This document shows positions 37,271-47,288 of a stretch of DNA of 64,000 nt, piece after piece; position 1 is the stretch's first letter; every line of letters starts with the position of its first letter. Made by a program: the position numbers and the translations under genes. Under the pieces are notes generated by a model. That model ran no database searches, was not told where the DNA came from, and saw only the letters and a list, made by a program, of their open reading frames with translations. The stretch is from a virus. Its lineage: Duplodnaviria; Heunggongvirae; Uroviricota; Caudoviricetes. Location: positions 11,884 through 75,883 of IMG/VR virus record IMGVR_UViG_3300048672_001143, one strand, 5' to 3'.

Positions 37271-39671
37271 AACTATTCTCTGGTCCGATACGGAAACTAA
37301 ATCGGAATGCGATCTTAGGTCTGCGGGAACGGCCAAGTACGCAGAACATCCCTCTACCCGGATTCAACTGTACTCGTTCGCGTTTAACGAAGACCTAGTT
37401 AAGATCTGGAGTCCCGAAGAACGCGAGATTATTCCGATAGAACTGGAAGAAGCTTTCGAGGATCCTGAGGTTATCCTGCAGTTCCACAATACTTGGTTTG
37501 ATAGATCGGTGATGCTCAAAACAAAGCGCCACCTGCAAGCTTTATCGCGCCGTAAAAGGGACTGGGATTTCCGTATAGAGCGCTTCCGTTGCTCTATGGC
37601 GCAAGCTTTGTCACACGGCCTGCCGGGCGGCCTCGATCATCTCGGAGAGATTTTAGGAATCCGGGAGGAAGCTAAAAAAGTCCGTGATGGTAAACGTCTG
37701 GTACAGAAATTTTGCAAACCTTGTGGTTTTGAACGGGACGGCACTACGTATAAGTGGAATACCCCGGAAAACGCCCCTGAGGATTGGGCCGCTTATAAAG
37801 TATACGCTATGGGCGATACAACGGCCATGCGTGAAATTGTCAAAAAGATACCCAGATATAATTACCCAGGAAATGCCACAGAACGTAAACTTTGGTTCAT
37901 GGATCAAACGGTAAATAGCCGGGGGATGGCTATAGACCTGGAATTGGCAAATGCCGCTATGGATACAATAGTTCTTACGCAGGCGCAATTATCGGTAAAA
38001 ACGAAAGAAATGACTGACGGTGCTGTTGGGTCTGCGTCGCAAAGGGACGAGCTGTTAAAGCACATCCTGGAGGAGTACGGCATCGAGTTACCGAACATGC
38101 AAAAAGCTACGTTGACTCGGTTGGTAGACAATGACGATACTCCGCCAGCTTTGCGCGAATTGCTGGAAGTTAGGCTGAGTACTAGCACCACGTCTACGGC
38201 CAAGTATAAACGGATAGTCCAGTCCACCTGTGAAGATGGCCGCTTGCGCGGGACTATCCAATTTTCAGGAGCGCAACGAACTCAGAGGGATGCCGGACGT
38301 ATTACCCAGGTTCAGAATTACCCGTCTAAAGGACTACTGCCGGTAGATGAAACGAAAATGGGGATAGAAGCGTTAAAACTAAACGCCGCAGATATCCTGG
38401 GTTTCGATATCATGCACTTAACCAAGTCAACTTTGCGTTATACGATAAAAGCTGAACCGGGTAAAAAACTCTTGGTAGCGGATTTATCAAATATTGAGGG
38501 GAGGTGTTTGGCATGGCTTGCGGGAGAAAAATGGAAGCTCCAGGCTTTTAGAGAATTCGATGCTGGCACGGGGCCGGACCTCTATAAACTAGCGTATGCA
38601 AAAGCCTTTGGCGTGCATCATTCTGAAGTAACTAAAGAGCAGCGTAACTATATTGGGAAAATTTTGGAACTCGCCCTAGGTTACCAGGGAGGAGCTTCTG
38701 CTATCGTTACTTTTGCCCTATCGTTCGGTTTAGAACTGCAGGTTCTAGCGGAACAGGTTATGCCAACACTACCTGAATGGGCCATAGAAAAATCAGAAAG
38801 TCTGTACGACTGGTTTAACGATATGGACATAGCGGAGGCCAAGAAACGAGCTAAAAAAGAGACCGAATCTGAGGCCACCTGGGAAGAATATTACGTACCG
38901 AAGAGAACAAAACACCTTAGTAAATTTGTGTTTACTGCGCTTGATAGCTTGAAACGGTTGTGGCGGAAAGAACATCCGCAAACTGAAAAATTGTGGGCTG
39001 ACGCTGAAAACGCTTGTAAAAATGCGGTTGAAATACCTAACAAGGAATTCTACTTCGGAAATGGTTGCTCTGCAAAAAGACTGGGCAAATGGGTACGTAT
39101 TAAGCTGCCGAGTGGGCACAGTCTATGCTACCCAAATATGGAGATCTGCGGGGAAGATACCACCCTCGTTGAAATTCGAAAAGTGGCTAATTCCGATAAT
39201 GTGAGCATTTGGCGTAACAGTAAAGAAGCGGCCCCGAAAGAAATATTCGAATCCGTAGACTTGGCCAGAGCCAAGATATTCAAGGATTGCGCTAATGCGG
39301 AAAAGTTAGTATCTTCAGCGGATGCCGTCTTAGAAGCTTACCAGACTCGAAGTGATAAAAGCGGCCTTCGCTTCAAGGGGGTTAACCAGTTCACGAAAAA
39401 ATGGGGCTGGATTTGGACTCACGGAGGAAAAATAATCGAAAACTGTACGCAAGGCCTAGCCCGCGACGTGTTTAAACACGGACAGCTCTTAGCGGAAGAA
39501 AACGGCTACCCGGTTATCCTACCGGTGCATGATGAATTGGTTTGCGAAGTGCCGGACTCTGAAGAGTATACCGTACATGGTTTAGAAGAGATGATGGCCA
39601 CAGTACCGGTATGCACTCCAGGATTACCCCTGGCCGCAGAAGGCTTCGAGGATTACGTTTACCATAAATAG
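37260..39671 (+). CDS. family A DNA polymerase with 3'-5' exonuclease domain
   Basis: Exo I WSDTETK; motif A LVADLSNIEGRCLAWLAG; motif B QRNYIGKILELALGYQGG; motif C ILPVHDELVCEV. Confidence 0.9.
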   Translation: MTSETILWSDTETKSECDLRSAGTAKYAEHPSTRIQLYSFAFNEDLVKIWSPEEREIIPIELEEAFEDPEVILQFHNTWFDRSVMLKTKRHLQALSRRKRDWDFRIERFRCSMAQALSHGLPGGLDHLGEILGIREEAKKVRDGKRLVQKFCKPCGFERDGTTYKWNTPENAPEDWAAYKVYAMGDTTAMREIVKKIPRYNYPGNATERKLWFMDQTVNSRGMAIDLELANAAMDTIVLTQAQLSVKTKEMTDGAVGSASQRDELLKHILEEYGIELPNMQKATLTRLVDNDDTPPALRELLEVRLSTSTTSTAKYKRIVQSTCEDGRLRGTIQFSGAQRTQRDAGRITQVQNYPSKGLLPVDETKMGIEALKLNAADILGFDIMHLTKSTLRYTIKAEPGKKLLVADLSNIEGRCLAWLAGEKWKLQAFREFDAGTGPDLYKLAYAKAFGVHHSEVTKEQRNYIGKILELALGYQGGASAIVTFALSFGLELQVLAEQVMPTLPEWAIEKSESLYDWFNDMDIAEAKKRAKKETESEATWEEYYVPKRTKHLSKFVFTALDSLKRLWRKEHPQTEKLWADAENACKNAVEIPNKEFYFGNGCSAKRLGKWVRIKLPSGHSLCYPNMEICGEDTTLVEIRKVANSDNVSIWRNSKEAAPKEIFESVDLARAKIFKDCANAEKLVSSADAVLEAYQTRSDKSGLRFKGVNQFTKKWGWIWTHGGKIIENCTQGLARDVFKHGQLLAEENGYPVILPVHDELVCEVPDSEEYTVHGLEEMMATVPVCTPGLPLAAEGFEDYVYHK

Positions 39672-39729
39672 GTTGATCCTTATAGTAGCACATGCTATAA
39701 TATTTGTTCAGCGTAGGGAAAAAATACGA

Positions 39730-39879
39730 ATGAAAACAACTAAAACAAAACAACGACATCCTTGGATGCGACTGTTTACTTTGGAAGGGCCTAAAAGCGA
39801 TGATGCCAGAAAAGCCCGTTTAGAAACTATCCGTGGAATTATGGATTACCGAAATACTTTAAAATTTAGGGGGAGATAG
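39730..39879 (+). CDS. small basic protein
   Basis: Internal ATG (MKTTKTKQR) of track ORF 39673..39879. Confidence 0.25.
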   Translation: MKTTKTKQRHPWMRLFTLEGPKSDDARKARLETIRGIMDYRNTLKFRGR

Positions 39880-40592
39880 TGACACAGCTAGTAACAAAAC
39901 TTTTGGATCACGGCTTCGTCAGGTTAAGTAATTTAGCTGGCCCAATTCGCAGACCAGACGCACCATTCGATGCCGACGATACTGATCCTGCACGTACCGC
40001 CAGGATATCCTTTGACAACCTGGATCTGGAAAGGACTCGGGAACAGGATTTAAAACTTTATGAATACCTTATGGCGCATCTTCACAATACGCCAATTGAG
40101 ATGATCGAGACGTGGTGGGAAATGAAGCTGCCTATATTTTTAGCCCGGCAATTCGTAAGACACAGAACCGCTACGATAAACGAAGTTTCTGGCCGCTATG
40201 CTATTTTACCGGCTGAATGGTATATTCCAGAAGTAATAGGTGGTAAACCTACAAATGGCGCGAAGCAAGGGCAAGAAGATAACCTTTCTGCGGAAGACCA
40301 GGAATGGTTTCGGACTAAACTGGATGTTGCCTGCGCTTCCAATTATGAAGATTACCTCGAATCAGTAAATAGGGGAGTGGCGCCAGAGCACGCCAGGATG
40401 TTCCTGCATGTTAACCACTACACTCACTGGATCTGGAAGCAGGATTTATCTAACCTGATGCATTTTTTGTCGCTTCGCCTTGACGCGCACGCGCAGATAG
40501 AAGCACGGGCTTTTTCAAAAGCCATGTACGACTGGCTAAAGGTATACCTTCCAGTATCTATGCAACTATTTGACGAATACAGGCGGAAATAA
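39879..40592 (+). CDS. thyX: flavin-dependent thymidylate synthase ThyX
   Basis: ThyX signature RHRTATINEVSGRY (RHR-x7-S-x-RY); GTG start preceded by GGGGGAGATA. Confidence 0.8.
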   Translation: MTQLVTKLLDHGFVRLSNLAGPIRRPDAPFDADDTDPARTARISFDNLDLERTREQDLKLYEYLMAHLHNTPIEMIETWWEMKLPIFLARQFVRHRTATINEVSGRYAILPAEWYIPEVIGGKPTNGAKQGQEDNLSAEDQEWFRTKLDVACASNYEDYLESVNRGVAPEHARMFLHVNHYTHWIWKQDLSNLMHFLSLRLDAHAQIEARAFSKAMYDWLKVYLPVSMQLFDEYRRK

Positions 40593-40594
40593 CC

Positions 40595-40870
40595 GTGGCC
40601 AGTCACGTAAGAAAACCGAAACGGTTAATACCCATTACCACTAGGGAAATAGATGTATATGCCCTGATACGCAAGCTTAAACGTACGACTCGATGCACTA
40701 ACCAAGACCTCGTTGACGCGACCGGTTTTTCTCCGAGTTTTATCGATGGAGTTTTGTGCGATCGACTAGACGCTAAGGATTTACATAAAGCTATGCGCCT
40801 AGTACAAGCGTACCAAGCTAATGTCGCTGGCCCTTTACCTCTACAAGGAGATTTTGACCCTGATGATTAG
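40595..40870 (+). CDS. hypothetical protein
   Basis: ORF track. Confidence 0.3.
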   Translation: MASHVRKPKRLIPITTREIDVYALIRKLKRTTRCTNQDLVDATGFSPSFIDGVLCDRLDAKDLHKAMRLVQAYQANVAGPLPLQGDFDPDD

Positions 40871-41054
40871 TTTATTACCAAACGACGTTTCCCGATGCTA
40901 TGGTAAAGACTGCGGTCAGAAAGAAACGCGTAAGCGTTTCGTAGCCATAGCGCAAGACGACCCTTTAAGATCTTATTGGTACATGGTCGCTTTTAATGTT
41001 CCCGGAAATCCGGATTGTATACACAGAATACCCCTGGAGAAAGAAAATGCTTGA
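40863..41054 (+). CDS. hypothetical protein
   Basis: Internal ATG (MISLLPN) of track ORF 40821..41054. Confidence 0.3.
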   Translation: MISLLPNDVSRCYGKDCGQKETRKRFVAIAQDDPLRSYWYMVAFNVPGNPDCIHRIPLEKENA

Positions 41055-41144
41055 AATATTCCATATGATCAAACACGGCGTAGAAGTTTTTGCTCTCGTA
41101 TTTTTTGTCTGCCACGCTGCGGCCTTTTGGAAAGGCCGGTCTAG

Positions 41145-41435
41145 ATGAAAGAACTTTCGGTAGAAAAGTATTTCGTAAATAAAATAGCGGAAGCTTTTCC
41201 GACAGCCGAAGTTCGAAAATATGAGTGCCAGATGCACGATCCGGATCGGATTCTGTTACTTCCAGGTAATCGATGCGTATTTGTAGAAGTGAAACGGCCC
41301 GGTAAAGACTTACGACCAGGGCAAGAGCGTGCCTTCAGGCGGTTACACAACTTAGGCTTTGAAGCCTATGTCGCGAACACGAAAGAAAAAGTTGACTTGC
41401 TTATAAGGCACCTTAAGATAGGCTACAACGTGTGA
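41145..41435 (+). CDS. VRR-NUC domain nuclease
   Basis: DRILLLPGNRCVFVEVKRPGKDLRPGQERAFRRLHNLGFEAYV fits the D..E.K core of the VRR-NUC (PD-(D/E)XK) family; size typical. Confidence 0.55.
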   Translation: MKELSVEKYFVNKIAEAFPTAEVRKYECQMHDPDRILLLPGNRCVFVEVKRPGKDLRPGQERAFRRLHNLGFEAYVANTKEKVDLLIRHLKIGYNV

Positions 41436-41518
41436 TAATCTTTGACGTAGCCTTTAGCCATCCTAAAGATGTTCTGTTAACTGTTCTCATACTAGGCGGA
41501 CTGCTATTTTGGAGCACA

Positions 41519-41695
41519 AGTGGAAGAAAAGAAAAAGAGACCCGAAAAAATAAGCACTAAAACTTGCCCGAAATGTGGTAATGAAAATCTGGGGCTTTTC
41601 ACATCTCTGAATAAAAAATATTGCGCTTCTAAAGAGTGCCATTTTTATTTCGATTGGTACCTGGATCCTGGGCAAGAAAAGATTTTTAAGTAGCA
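41519..41695 (+). CDS. small zinc-ribbon protein (CPKCG ... CASKEC), approximate coordinates
   Basis: Own GTG-start ORF, 58 aa; preferred over antisense track ORF 41487..41714, which is hydrophobic low complexity. Confidence 0.3.
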
Positions 41696-41764
41696 CGTGT
41701 AACGCAAAAGACATAAAAATGTTGTATACTAAGACTTTCTAATATTACTTATCCGGAGTACCCA

Positions 41765-42820
41765 ATGCTGTCCGCGCATTACGATTTACCTAGAGCCCTG
41801 TTCATCACTAAATTGCGTCACGAATACAGCGCCACACCACCTGCTGAGGGCTACGCAAAAGAATTAACTTCAGGTTTATATAACTCAGCACAATTCGTAG
41901 CTAATATGCTTATGCGTTCAGGGATAGAAGCTGAGACCGTAGCTGTCGTAGATAACAACAGTATTGAACGGGAAGTTGTCCGGTTTAAGCCTACTCACGT
42001 ATTCGTGGAGGCTTTGTGGGTAGTACCAGAAAAAATAGAGTTGCTGGCAAAAATGTACCCTAGGATTATCTGGGTCGTAAGGATACACAGCAATACGCCT
42101 TTTTTAGCTAACGAAGGTGTCGCTATGGCTTGGTTGAAAGGGTACTACAAAATAGCAACCCCGAACGTGGTTGTAGCCCCCAATTCGCCTAATTTGGTTG
42201 GAGATTTGATGGCATTGCCGGAATCCGAAGGAAAAACTGAATTGCTACCTAATTTTTACGAGTTTACCAGTGAAAGGGTTAGTAAAGCAGTATCTGAAAC
42301 GGAAGTACACATTGGCTGCTTCGGCGCTGTCCGCCCACTAAAGAACCAGCTTATCCAAGCGATGGCCGCTATGCGATTTGCTAATAAAATCGGTAAAACG
42401 TTATTTTTCCACATCAATAGCGGACGAGTTGAACAACGCGGGAATAACGTATTGAAGAATCTCCAGGCGTTATTTGTGGATAGCGGGCATGTTTTAGTAG
42501 AGCACGGCTGGCTAGTTCGTAAAGATTTCTTGGCCCTTATCCGTCAGATGGACGTCTGCCTCCAGGTTTCCTTAACTGAGACTTTCAATATCACCGCTGC
42601 AGATTCCGTCAACGAACTTGTCCCCATCGTAGCGGGTAAAGATATCAACTGGTTGCAGTCAGCGGCACACGCAGATACTTCTTCTTCGGATGATATTCTG
42701 GCCAAGCTGATGGATATCTACGAGGGTGGAAAGTTGAGTATGGTTAAACGCAATTGGTTGGATTTACATCGCAGTAATATCCAGGCGATGGGCAAATGGC
42801 TTAATTTTTTACTGAAATAG
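41765..42820 (+). CDS. hypothetical protein, possibly GT-B-like glycosyltransferase fold
   Basis: C-terminal HIGCFGAVRPLKN ... ETFNITAADSVNELVPIVAG loosely resembles the GT4 E-x7-E region; weak. Confidence 0.3.
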   Translation: MLSAHYDLPRALFITKLRHEYSATPPAEGYAKELTSGLYNSAQFVANMLMRSGIEAETVAVVDNNSIEREVVRFKPTHVFVEALWVVPEKIELLAKMYPRIIWVVRIHSNTPFLANEGVAMAWLKGYYKIATPNVVVAPNSPNLVGDLMALPESEGKTELLPNFYEFTSERVSKAVSETEVHIGCFGAVRPLKNQLIQAMAAMRFANKIGKTLFFHINSGRVEQRGNNVLKNLQALFVDSGHVLVEHGWLVRKDFLALIRQMDVCLQVSLTETFNITAADSVNELVPIVAGKDINWLQSAAHADTSSSDDILAKLMDIYEGGKLSMVKRNWLDLHRSNIQAMGKWLNFLLK

Positions 42821-42838
42821 TCGCACGACATTTTGCTT

Positions 42839-42866
42839 AAGCCGTACTTTTGTGCGGCTTTTTTAT
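42839..42866 (+). terminator. putative terminator AGCCGTACTTTTGTGCGGCTTTTTTATC
   Basis: 5-bp stem plus T6, just after the stop of 41765..42820. Confidence 0.4.
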
Positions 42867-42889
42867 CTTTAAAATCCGATAAAAGAGAT

Positions 42890-44305
42890 ATGCAACGTAA
42901 ACTCTACATTCCTCGTCCTTATGGGCGTAGCGGAACCAATTTCATCCTGGATACTCCTCGTTGTAATCTCCACGTCGACATGGGTCTTGGAAAAACCGTA
43001 ATGGCCTTGACTGCCCTGGACATTCTGTACTTGTGCGGCGAAACGCACCCCACTTTAATCTTGGCACCTAAGAGAGTGGCCACTTCAACCTGGGGTACTG
43101 AAGCGGCTAAATGGTCGCATTTATCGTCTTTGGAAATATCCCCCATCGTTGGTACACCGGAGCAGCGCATGGCCGCTTTGAAACGGGACGTACCTATCTA
43201 TACAATAAATTATGAAAATATCGTGTGGCTTATCAAATATCTGAAGATATGGCCGTTTCGGACGATAATAGCAGACGAGTCTACGAAGTTAAAAAGTCAC
43301 CGCGTCCACTGGCAGACTAACGATAAAGGTACGACTTTTCTAGTTAGAACCGGAGGGGAAAGGACCAATGCCCTCACGCATCTAGCCTGGAAAAAAACTT
43401 TACGCTGGATAAATTTATCCGGGACACCAGCTCCTAATTCTTTGGGCGATCTTTGGGGTCCGCAATGGTACGTGGACCAAGGTAAATCCCTCGGGCTTAA
43501 TTACACAGCCTTTGAAGATCGTTGGTATAAAAGGGGGTATAACAAATACGATCTCGTAATGTTGCCACACGCCGAGAGGGAGATCCGAGAAGCTATCGCC
43601 CCAACTACGTTCACTTTGCGCGCGGAAGATTATTTAACCCTCGGAGAAGAAGTAGTAAACACCATTTATGTGGATTTGCCCGAAAAAGCGCGTAAGCATT
43701 ACCGGGAAATGGAGCGGGACCTTTATACCGTCATAAACGCCGGGGAAGTAGAAGCGTTTACCGCGGCTACTAAGAGCATGAAATGCCACCAGTTGGCGAA
43801 CGGCGCCCTATACCATGACGATAAGGGGTCTTGGGAACCTATACACAATGAAAAGCTGGAAGCTTTGCAGGAAGTACTCGAAGAGTCCGGTGGCCTACCC
43901 GTTCTTGTCTGCTATAAATTTAAAAGCGATCTAGCACGGTTACTAAAAGCATTCCCTAGTGGAATACCACTTGACACGGTACTAAAAAACAAAGATAATA
44001 GTAGCCTTGGAAATGTTCCAATATTCATACATCCTGATAGCGCTGGCCACGGCGTAGATGGCCTACAAAAGGTAACCAATATCATATGTTTCTATTCCAT
44101 TGACTGGAATGCGGAAACGAGATTACAGGTAATTGCCCGGATAGGAAAAGTCCGGCAATTTCAGGCCGGGTTAGATAGACCCGTTTTTATTCACCAGATA
44201 GTGGCTCGAAATACGGTAGATGAAGATATTCTTCGTAGGATAGACTCCAAAATGACGGTACAAGACGCCTTAAAAGAAGGCTTAGCGAGGAGGAATTTGA
44301 AATGA
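42890..44305 (+). CDS. SNF2-family ATPase/helicase
   Basis: Motif I DMGLGKT; motif II IIADESTKLKS; motif III LSGTPAPNSLGDLWGPQ. ATG at 42890 after AAAAGAGAT (track TTG at 42833). Confidence 0.7.
   Translation: MQRKLYIPRPYGRSGTNFILDTPRCNLHVDMGLGKTVMALTALDILYLCGETHPTLILAPKRVATSTWGTEAAKWSHLSSLEISPIVGTPEQRMAALKRDVPIYTINYENIVWLIKYLKIWPFRTIIADESTKLKSHRVHWQTNDKGTTFLVRTGGERTNALTHLAWKKTLRWINLSGTPAPNSLGDLWGPQWYVDQGKSLGLNYTAFEDRWYKRGYNKYDLVMLPHAEREIREAIAPTTFTLRAEDYLTLGEEVVNTIYVDLPEKARKHYREMERDLYTVINAGEVEAFTAATKSMKCHQLANGALYHDDKGSWEPIHNEKLEALQEVLEESGGLPVLVCYKFKSDLARLLKAFPSGIPLDTVLKNKDNSSLGNVPIFIHPDSAGHGVDGLQKVTNIICFYSIDWNAETRLQVIARIGKVRQFQAGLDRPVFIHQIVARNTVDEDILRRIDSKMTVQDALKEGLARRNLK
43971..43999 (+). 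promoter_or_regulatory. internal sigma70-type promoter TTGACA-17-GATAAT inside the SNF2 gene
   Basis: Full extended motif CCACTTGACAC and 17-nt spacer. Confidence 0.4.
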
Positions 44306-44417
44306 AAATAGGTTGGCTAGTTTGGAATTACGAGGATACGGATTTTCCTACATTATTTCCGGAAGAACCGGATTGGCATTTCTTTAAAAGCGTTAAGATA
44401 GTGTACGCTGAGGTTAT

Positions 44418-44663
44418 CGAATGAAACAAACCCCGCAGATAATTTTAGCCAGGGATTTGGCTGACCGTATAGATCCTTGGCCAGAGACTTCTTACGTACC
44501 GGAAAAAGACGAAAACAACAACAACAACAACGTAGCGTTAACTTTTTCAGAAAATTGGTTCCCGGTACGCCCGAAACCGAAAGGCGGATTTTTTACGCGC
44601 TTGGAACTGGCCTGGGGCGTTTTTACCGGTAAGTACGACGCTTTGAAATGGGATAACCAATGA
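44418..44663 (+). CDS. hypothetical protein (contains N7 run)
   Basis: ORF track. Confidence 0.3.
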   Translation, partial: RMKQTPQIILARDLADRIDPWPETSYVPEKDENNNNNNVALTFSENWFPVRPKPKGGFFTRLELAWGVFTGKYDALKWDNQ

Positions 44664-44929
44664 ACGACACTAAAGAAATCCGTAAACTTTTCCATGAGTT
44701 ACGTTGTGGCAGACCGCTAGATCTTAACGGGGACGCGCTACCGCGCGGTAAAACGCTATTCACCCCCGTATTGATACGCGCGGTATTAGTACGAGCGCAG
44801 CACGAGGGCTTATCTGGGGAGGATTCTATGACGGTATTGGCGTATTCTGCACTTCAAGAGTTGGAAAAGCTCAAACAAGAAAAATACGATGTCTTTTTCA
44901 ACGCCCATTGGGAGAGCAGAAATGAATAA
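44660..44929 (+). CDS. hypothetical protein
   Basis: ORF track. Confidence 0.3.
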   Translation: MNDTKEIRKLFHELRCGRPLDLNGDALPRGKTLFTPVLIRAVLVRAQHEGLSGEDSMTVLAYSALQELEKLKQEKYDVFFNAHWESRNE

Positions 44930-45107
44930 AAAACTTCTTGAACTGATCCGTAGCAAATTTGAAGACCGTTTATCGTGTAAAACAGGATGGCGCTATTAAG
45001 TGGTCGGTATTGGCAACAGTCGCTGAGCATTCCGTCCCAGGAGCTACTTTACTTGAGGCCGCTATGCGAGCCTATGTATTATCAAAATTCAGAGAAGAGG
45101 TTCAAAA

Positions 45108-45917
45108 ATGCAAGACACGATAGTAATTTATCACGATGACTGTTTAGATGGGTATGGGGCAGCCTATGCGGCTTGGAAAAAATTTGGCGATTCTGCTGAG
45201 TATATTCCAGCGCATTATGGAAATCCTCCGCCAGACGTTACGGGCAAAGACGTGTACATTCTGGATTTCAGCTATCCTAGAGAGATATTGCTAAAGATAC
45301 GTATGCGGGCCAGGAATCTGTTAGTTATTGATCACCATAAGACCGCTCAAGCCGATCTTATAGAGCTGCCTTTTGCTAAGTTTGATATGTCCAAATCTGG
45401 CTGCATCTTAGCATGGGAGCATTTTCACCCGGAGGACAAGGCACCTTTCGGGCTAGAGCTTATCCAAGATAGAGATTTGTGGCAGTTTCACATACCCGAA
45501 ACTAAAGCTTACTGCGAAGGTCTGCGGAATCTAATAATCCGATCCTTTATCGCTTGGGATTTCCATCTGGCTACTGAAAATTGCTTTGAACTGGCTGAAA
45601 GAGGAGAAGATCTGCTAGCTGTGTTCAGTGCTGATATCACTTCACTGGCAAAGCGGGCGCATACTGCAAAATTCGTGGGAACTGAGTTCATGGCTTGTAA
45701 TGCTACTCCGAAATATGCTTCCGAATTGGGCAATTTATTGGCAAAAACTACCGGAAAGCCTGCCGCGATTTACTCCTATAACGGCGCTACTCAGCGTTGG
45801 GATTATTCACTGCGCTCGGTAGGTGACTTCGATGTTTCAGAAATTGCCAAAAACTTCGGTGGCGGAGGGCATAAAAACGCTGCTGGATTTTCAATATCAG
45901 GTACCCTAGACATATGA
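45108..45917 (+). CDS. DHH/DHHA1 phosphoesterase (NrnA/RecJ-core-like)
   Basis: Motif I IVIYHDDCLDGYGAAYAA; motif III LVIDHHKT; DHHA1 motif NFGGGGHKNAAGFSI. Confidence 0.8.
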   Translation: MQDTIVIYHDDCLDGYGAAYAAWKKFGDSAEYIPAHYGNPPPDVTGKDVYILDFSYPREILLKIRMRARNLLVIDHHKTAQADLIELPFAKFDMSKSGCILAWEHFHPEDKAPFGLELIQDRDLWQFHIPETKAYCEGLRNLIIRSFIAWDFHLATENCFELAERGEDLLAVFSADITSLAKRAHTAKFVGTEFMACNATPKYASELGNLLAKTTGKPAAIYSYNGATQRWDYSLRSVGDFDVSEIAKNFGGGGHKNAAGFSISGTLDI

Positions 45918-46369
45918 ACAAAATAGATAAAAAAATAACCGGATATAAAGTCGCTTCCGGCCAAGAAACAGCGCCGGATCCGATTACGCCAACGGGTATG
46001 CATGAAAGCATAGGCCGAGATGAGGTACTGGAAGGCGCTACGTATAAATTAAAAATCCCGTTGTCTGAGCATGCACTTTACATAACGATTAACGATATCG
46101 TTTTGAATGCCGGCACTGATCACGAATCCCGCCACATTTACGAGATATTTTTTAACTCGAAAAATATGGAGCATTTTCAGTGGGCAACGGCGTTAACAAG
46201 AGTGGTGTCCGCAGTTTTCCGCAAGGGTGGGGACGTCAGCTTCCTGGCGGATGAGCTAAAAGCCATTGAGGACCCGAAGGGTGGTTTCTGGCATAAGGGT
46301 AAGTTTATTCCTTCGCTGGTAGCCCTGATTGGGGAAACAATTGAAACACATTTGAAGAAAGGTGCATAA
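45914..46369 (+). CDS. hypothetical protein resembling the C-terminal region of class II ribonucleotide reductase, without the cysteines
   Basis: TYKLKIP ... LYITIN ... EIFFN ... FQWATALTRVVSAVFRKGG recalls the NrdJ C-terminal TYK.K..CG.LYVTIN ... EVF.N ... ALGRLISLALRSG. From memory, unverified. Confidence 0.3.
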   Translation: MNKIDKKITGYKVASGQETAPDPITPTGMHESIGRDEVLEGATYKLKIPLSEHALYITINDIVLNAGTDHESRHIYEIFFNSKNMEHFQWATALTRVVSAVFRKGGDVSFLADELKAIEDPKGGFWHKGKFIPSLVALIGETIETHLKKGA

Positions 46370-46747
46370 ATGTACGCCTTTGAAGCGGTTAAACGAGACC
46401 TAGATGCCAGCCTGCACCCAGGCTATCGCCCATCTTACCATAATCAAGAGAAACCAGTAGTCCACATAACAGCGTCAACGCTAATCACCTTGCTGGAAGA
46501 ATACGAAAAAATGGACGCAGAATTACGGAGCCTGCACTCAGCTAATCCCGATATTTCGGAGCCCGCAGGAAAGCGTCTGTTTGATAACATAATGGCTTGT
46601 TATTTTAATTGTGGAAAGAATTTCGAACAGACTTTCTTAGTGATAATGGACGCTCTGTACCCTCTGCTGCAAGATAAAATAAAGTCCGATATCGTGCGGC
46701 AACATGCCCCCTTTAACAGCCCTTATCCACCTGGGAGGAGTATCTAA
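46370..46747 (+). CDS. hypothetical protein
   Basis: ORF track. Confidence 0.3.
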   Translation: MYAFEAVKRDLDASLHPGYRPSYHNQEKPVVHITASTLITLLEEYEKMDAELRSLHSANPDISEPAGKRLFDNIMACYFNCGKNFEQTFLVIMDALYPLLQDKIKSDIVRQHAPFNSPYPPGRSI

Positions 46748-46998
46748 TGATCCACAACCTTAAAACTTTACCCTGCTTTTTTCGTGCTACCCTGGCAGGG
46801 GATAAATTATTCGAGATACGCGACAACCGGGACCGTGGATTTCAAAAAGGGGATACTGTTATTTTAAAAGAGTGGGTTCCCGGCGTTATGCAGGGCTCCT
46901 TTACCGGATGCGAAATCGCTGGCAAAATCACCTACGTGTGCGATTACGCGCAAAAAGAAGGATATGTAGTCTTTGGATTTGAGGTTGATGAAAGCTAA
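46747..46998 (+). CDS. ASCH/DUF3850-like (PUA-fold) small protein
   Basis: LPCFFRATLAGDKLFEIRDNRDRGFQKGDTVILKEW matches the DUF3850/ASCH pattern. Confidence 0.5.
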   Translation: MIHNLKTLPCFFRATLAGDKLFEIRDNRDRGFQKGDTVILKEWVPGVMQGSFTGCEIAGKITYVCDYAQKEGYVVFGFEVDES

Positions 46999-47288
46999 TG
47001 CGCTTCGATAACAAACACTACTCGCTGGCTACTATAGTTAAAAACGCAGAGGATATGCCCGTACCGGAAGGAATAACCAGAGCTCCCAGGCGTTTTTTGT
47101 GGGATGTAGCACGAGAACACCGACGGTGGGCGAAAATGGAGCGCAGAAAATGAGATTTCAGGGCAAACATTACTCCTGCAGCTCAATAGTTAAGATAGGA
47201 GAGAAAAACCCAGCTAACAGATCCCGCCGAAAGGCATTATGGGAGTTTGCTAGGGCGCACCGGTACTGGAGTAAATTGGAGAAACTAG

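Noticed and set aside
41487-41714. Minus-strand 75-aa ORF
   Set aside because: Hydrophobic low-complexity translation and opposite to all neighbouring genes; a plus-strand zinc-ribbon ORF fits better.
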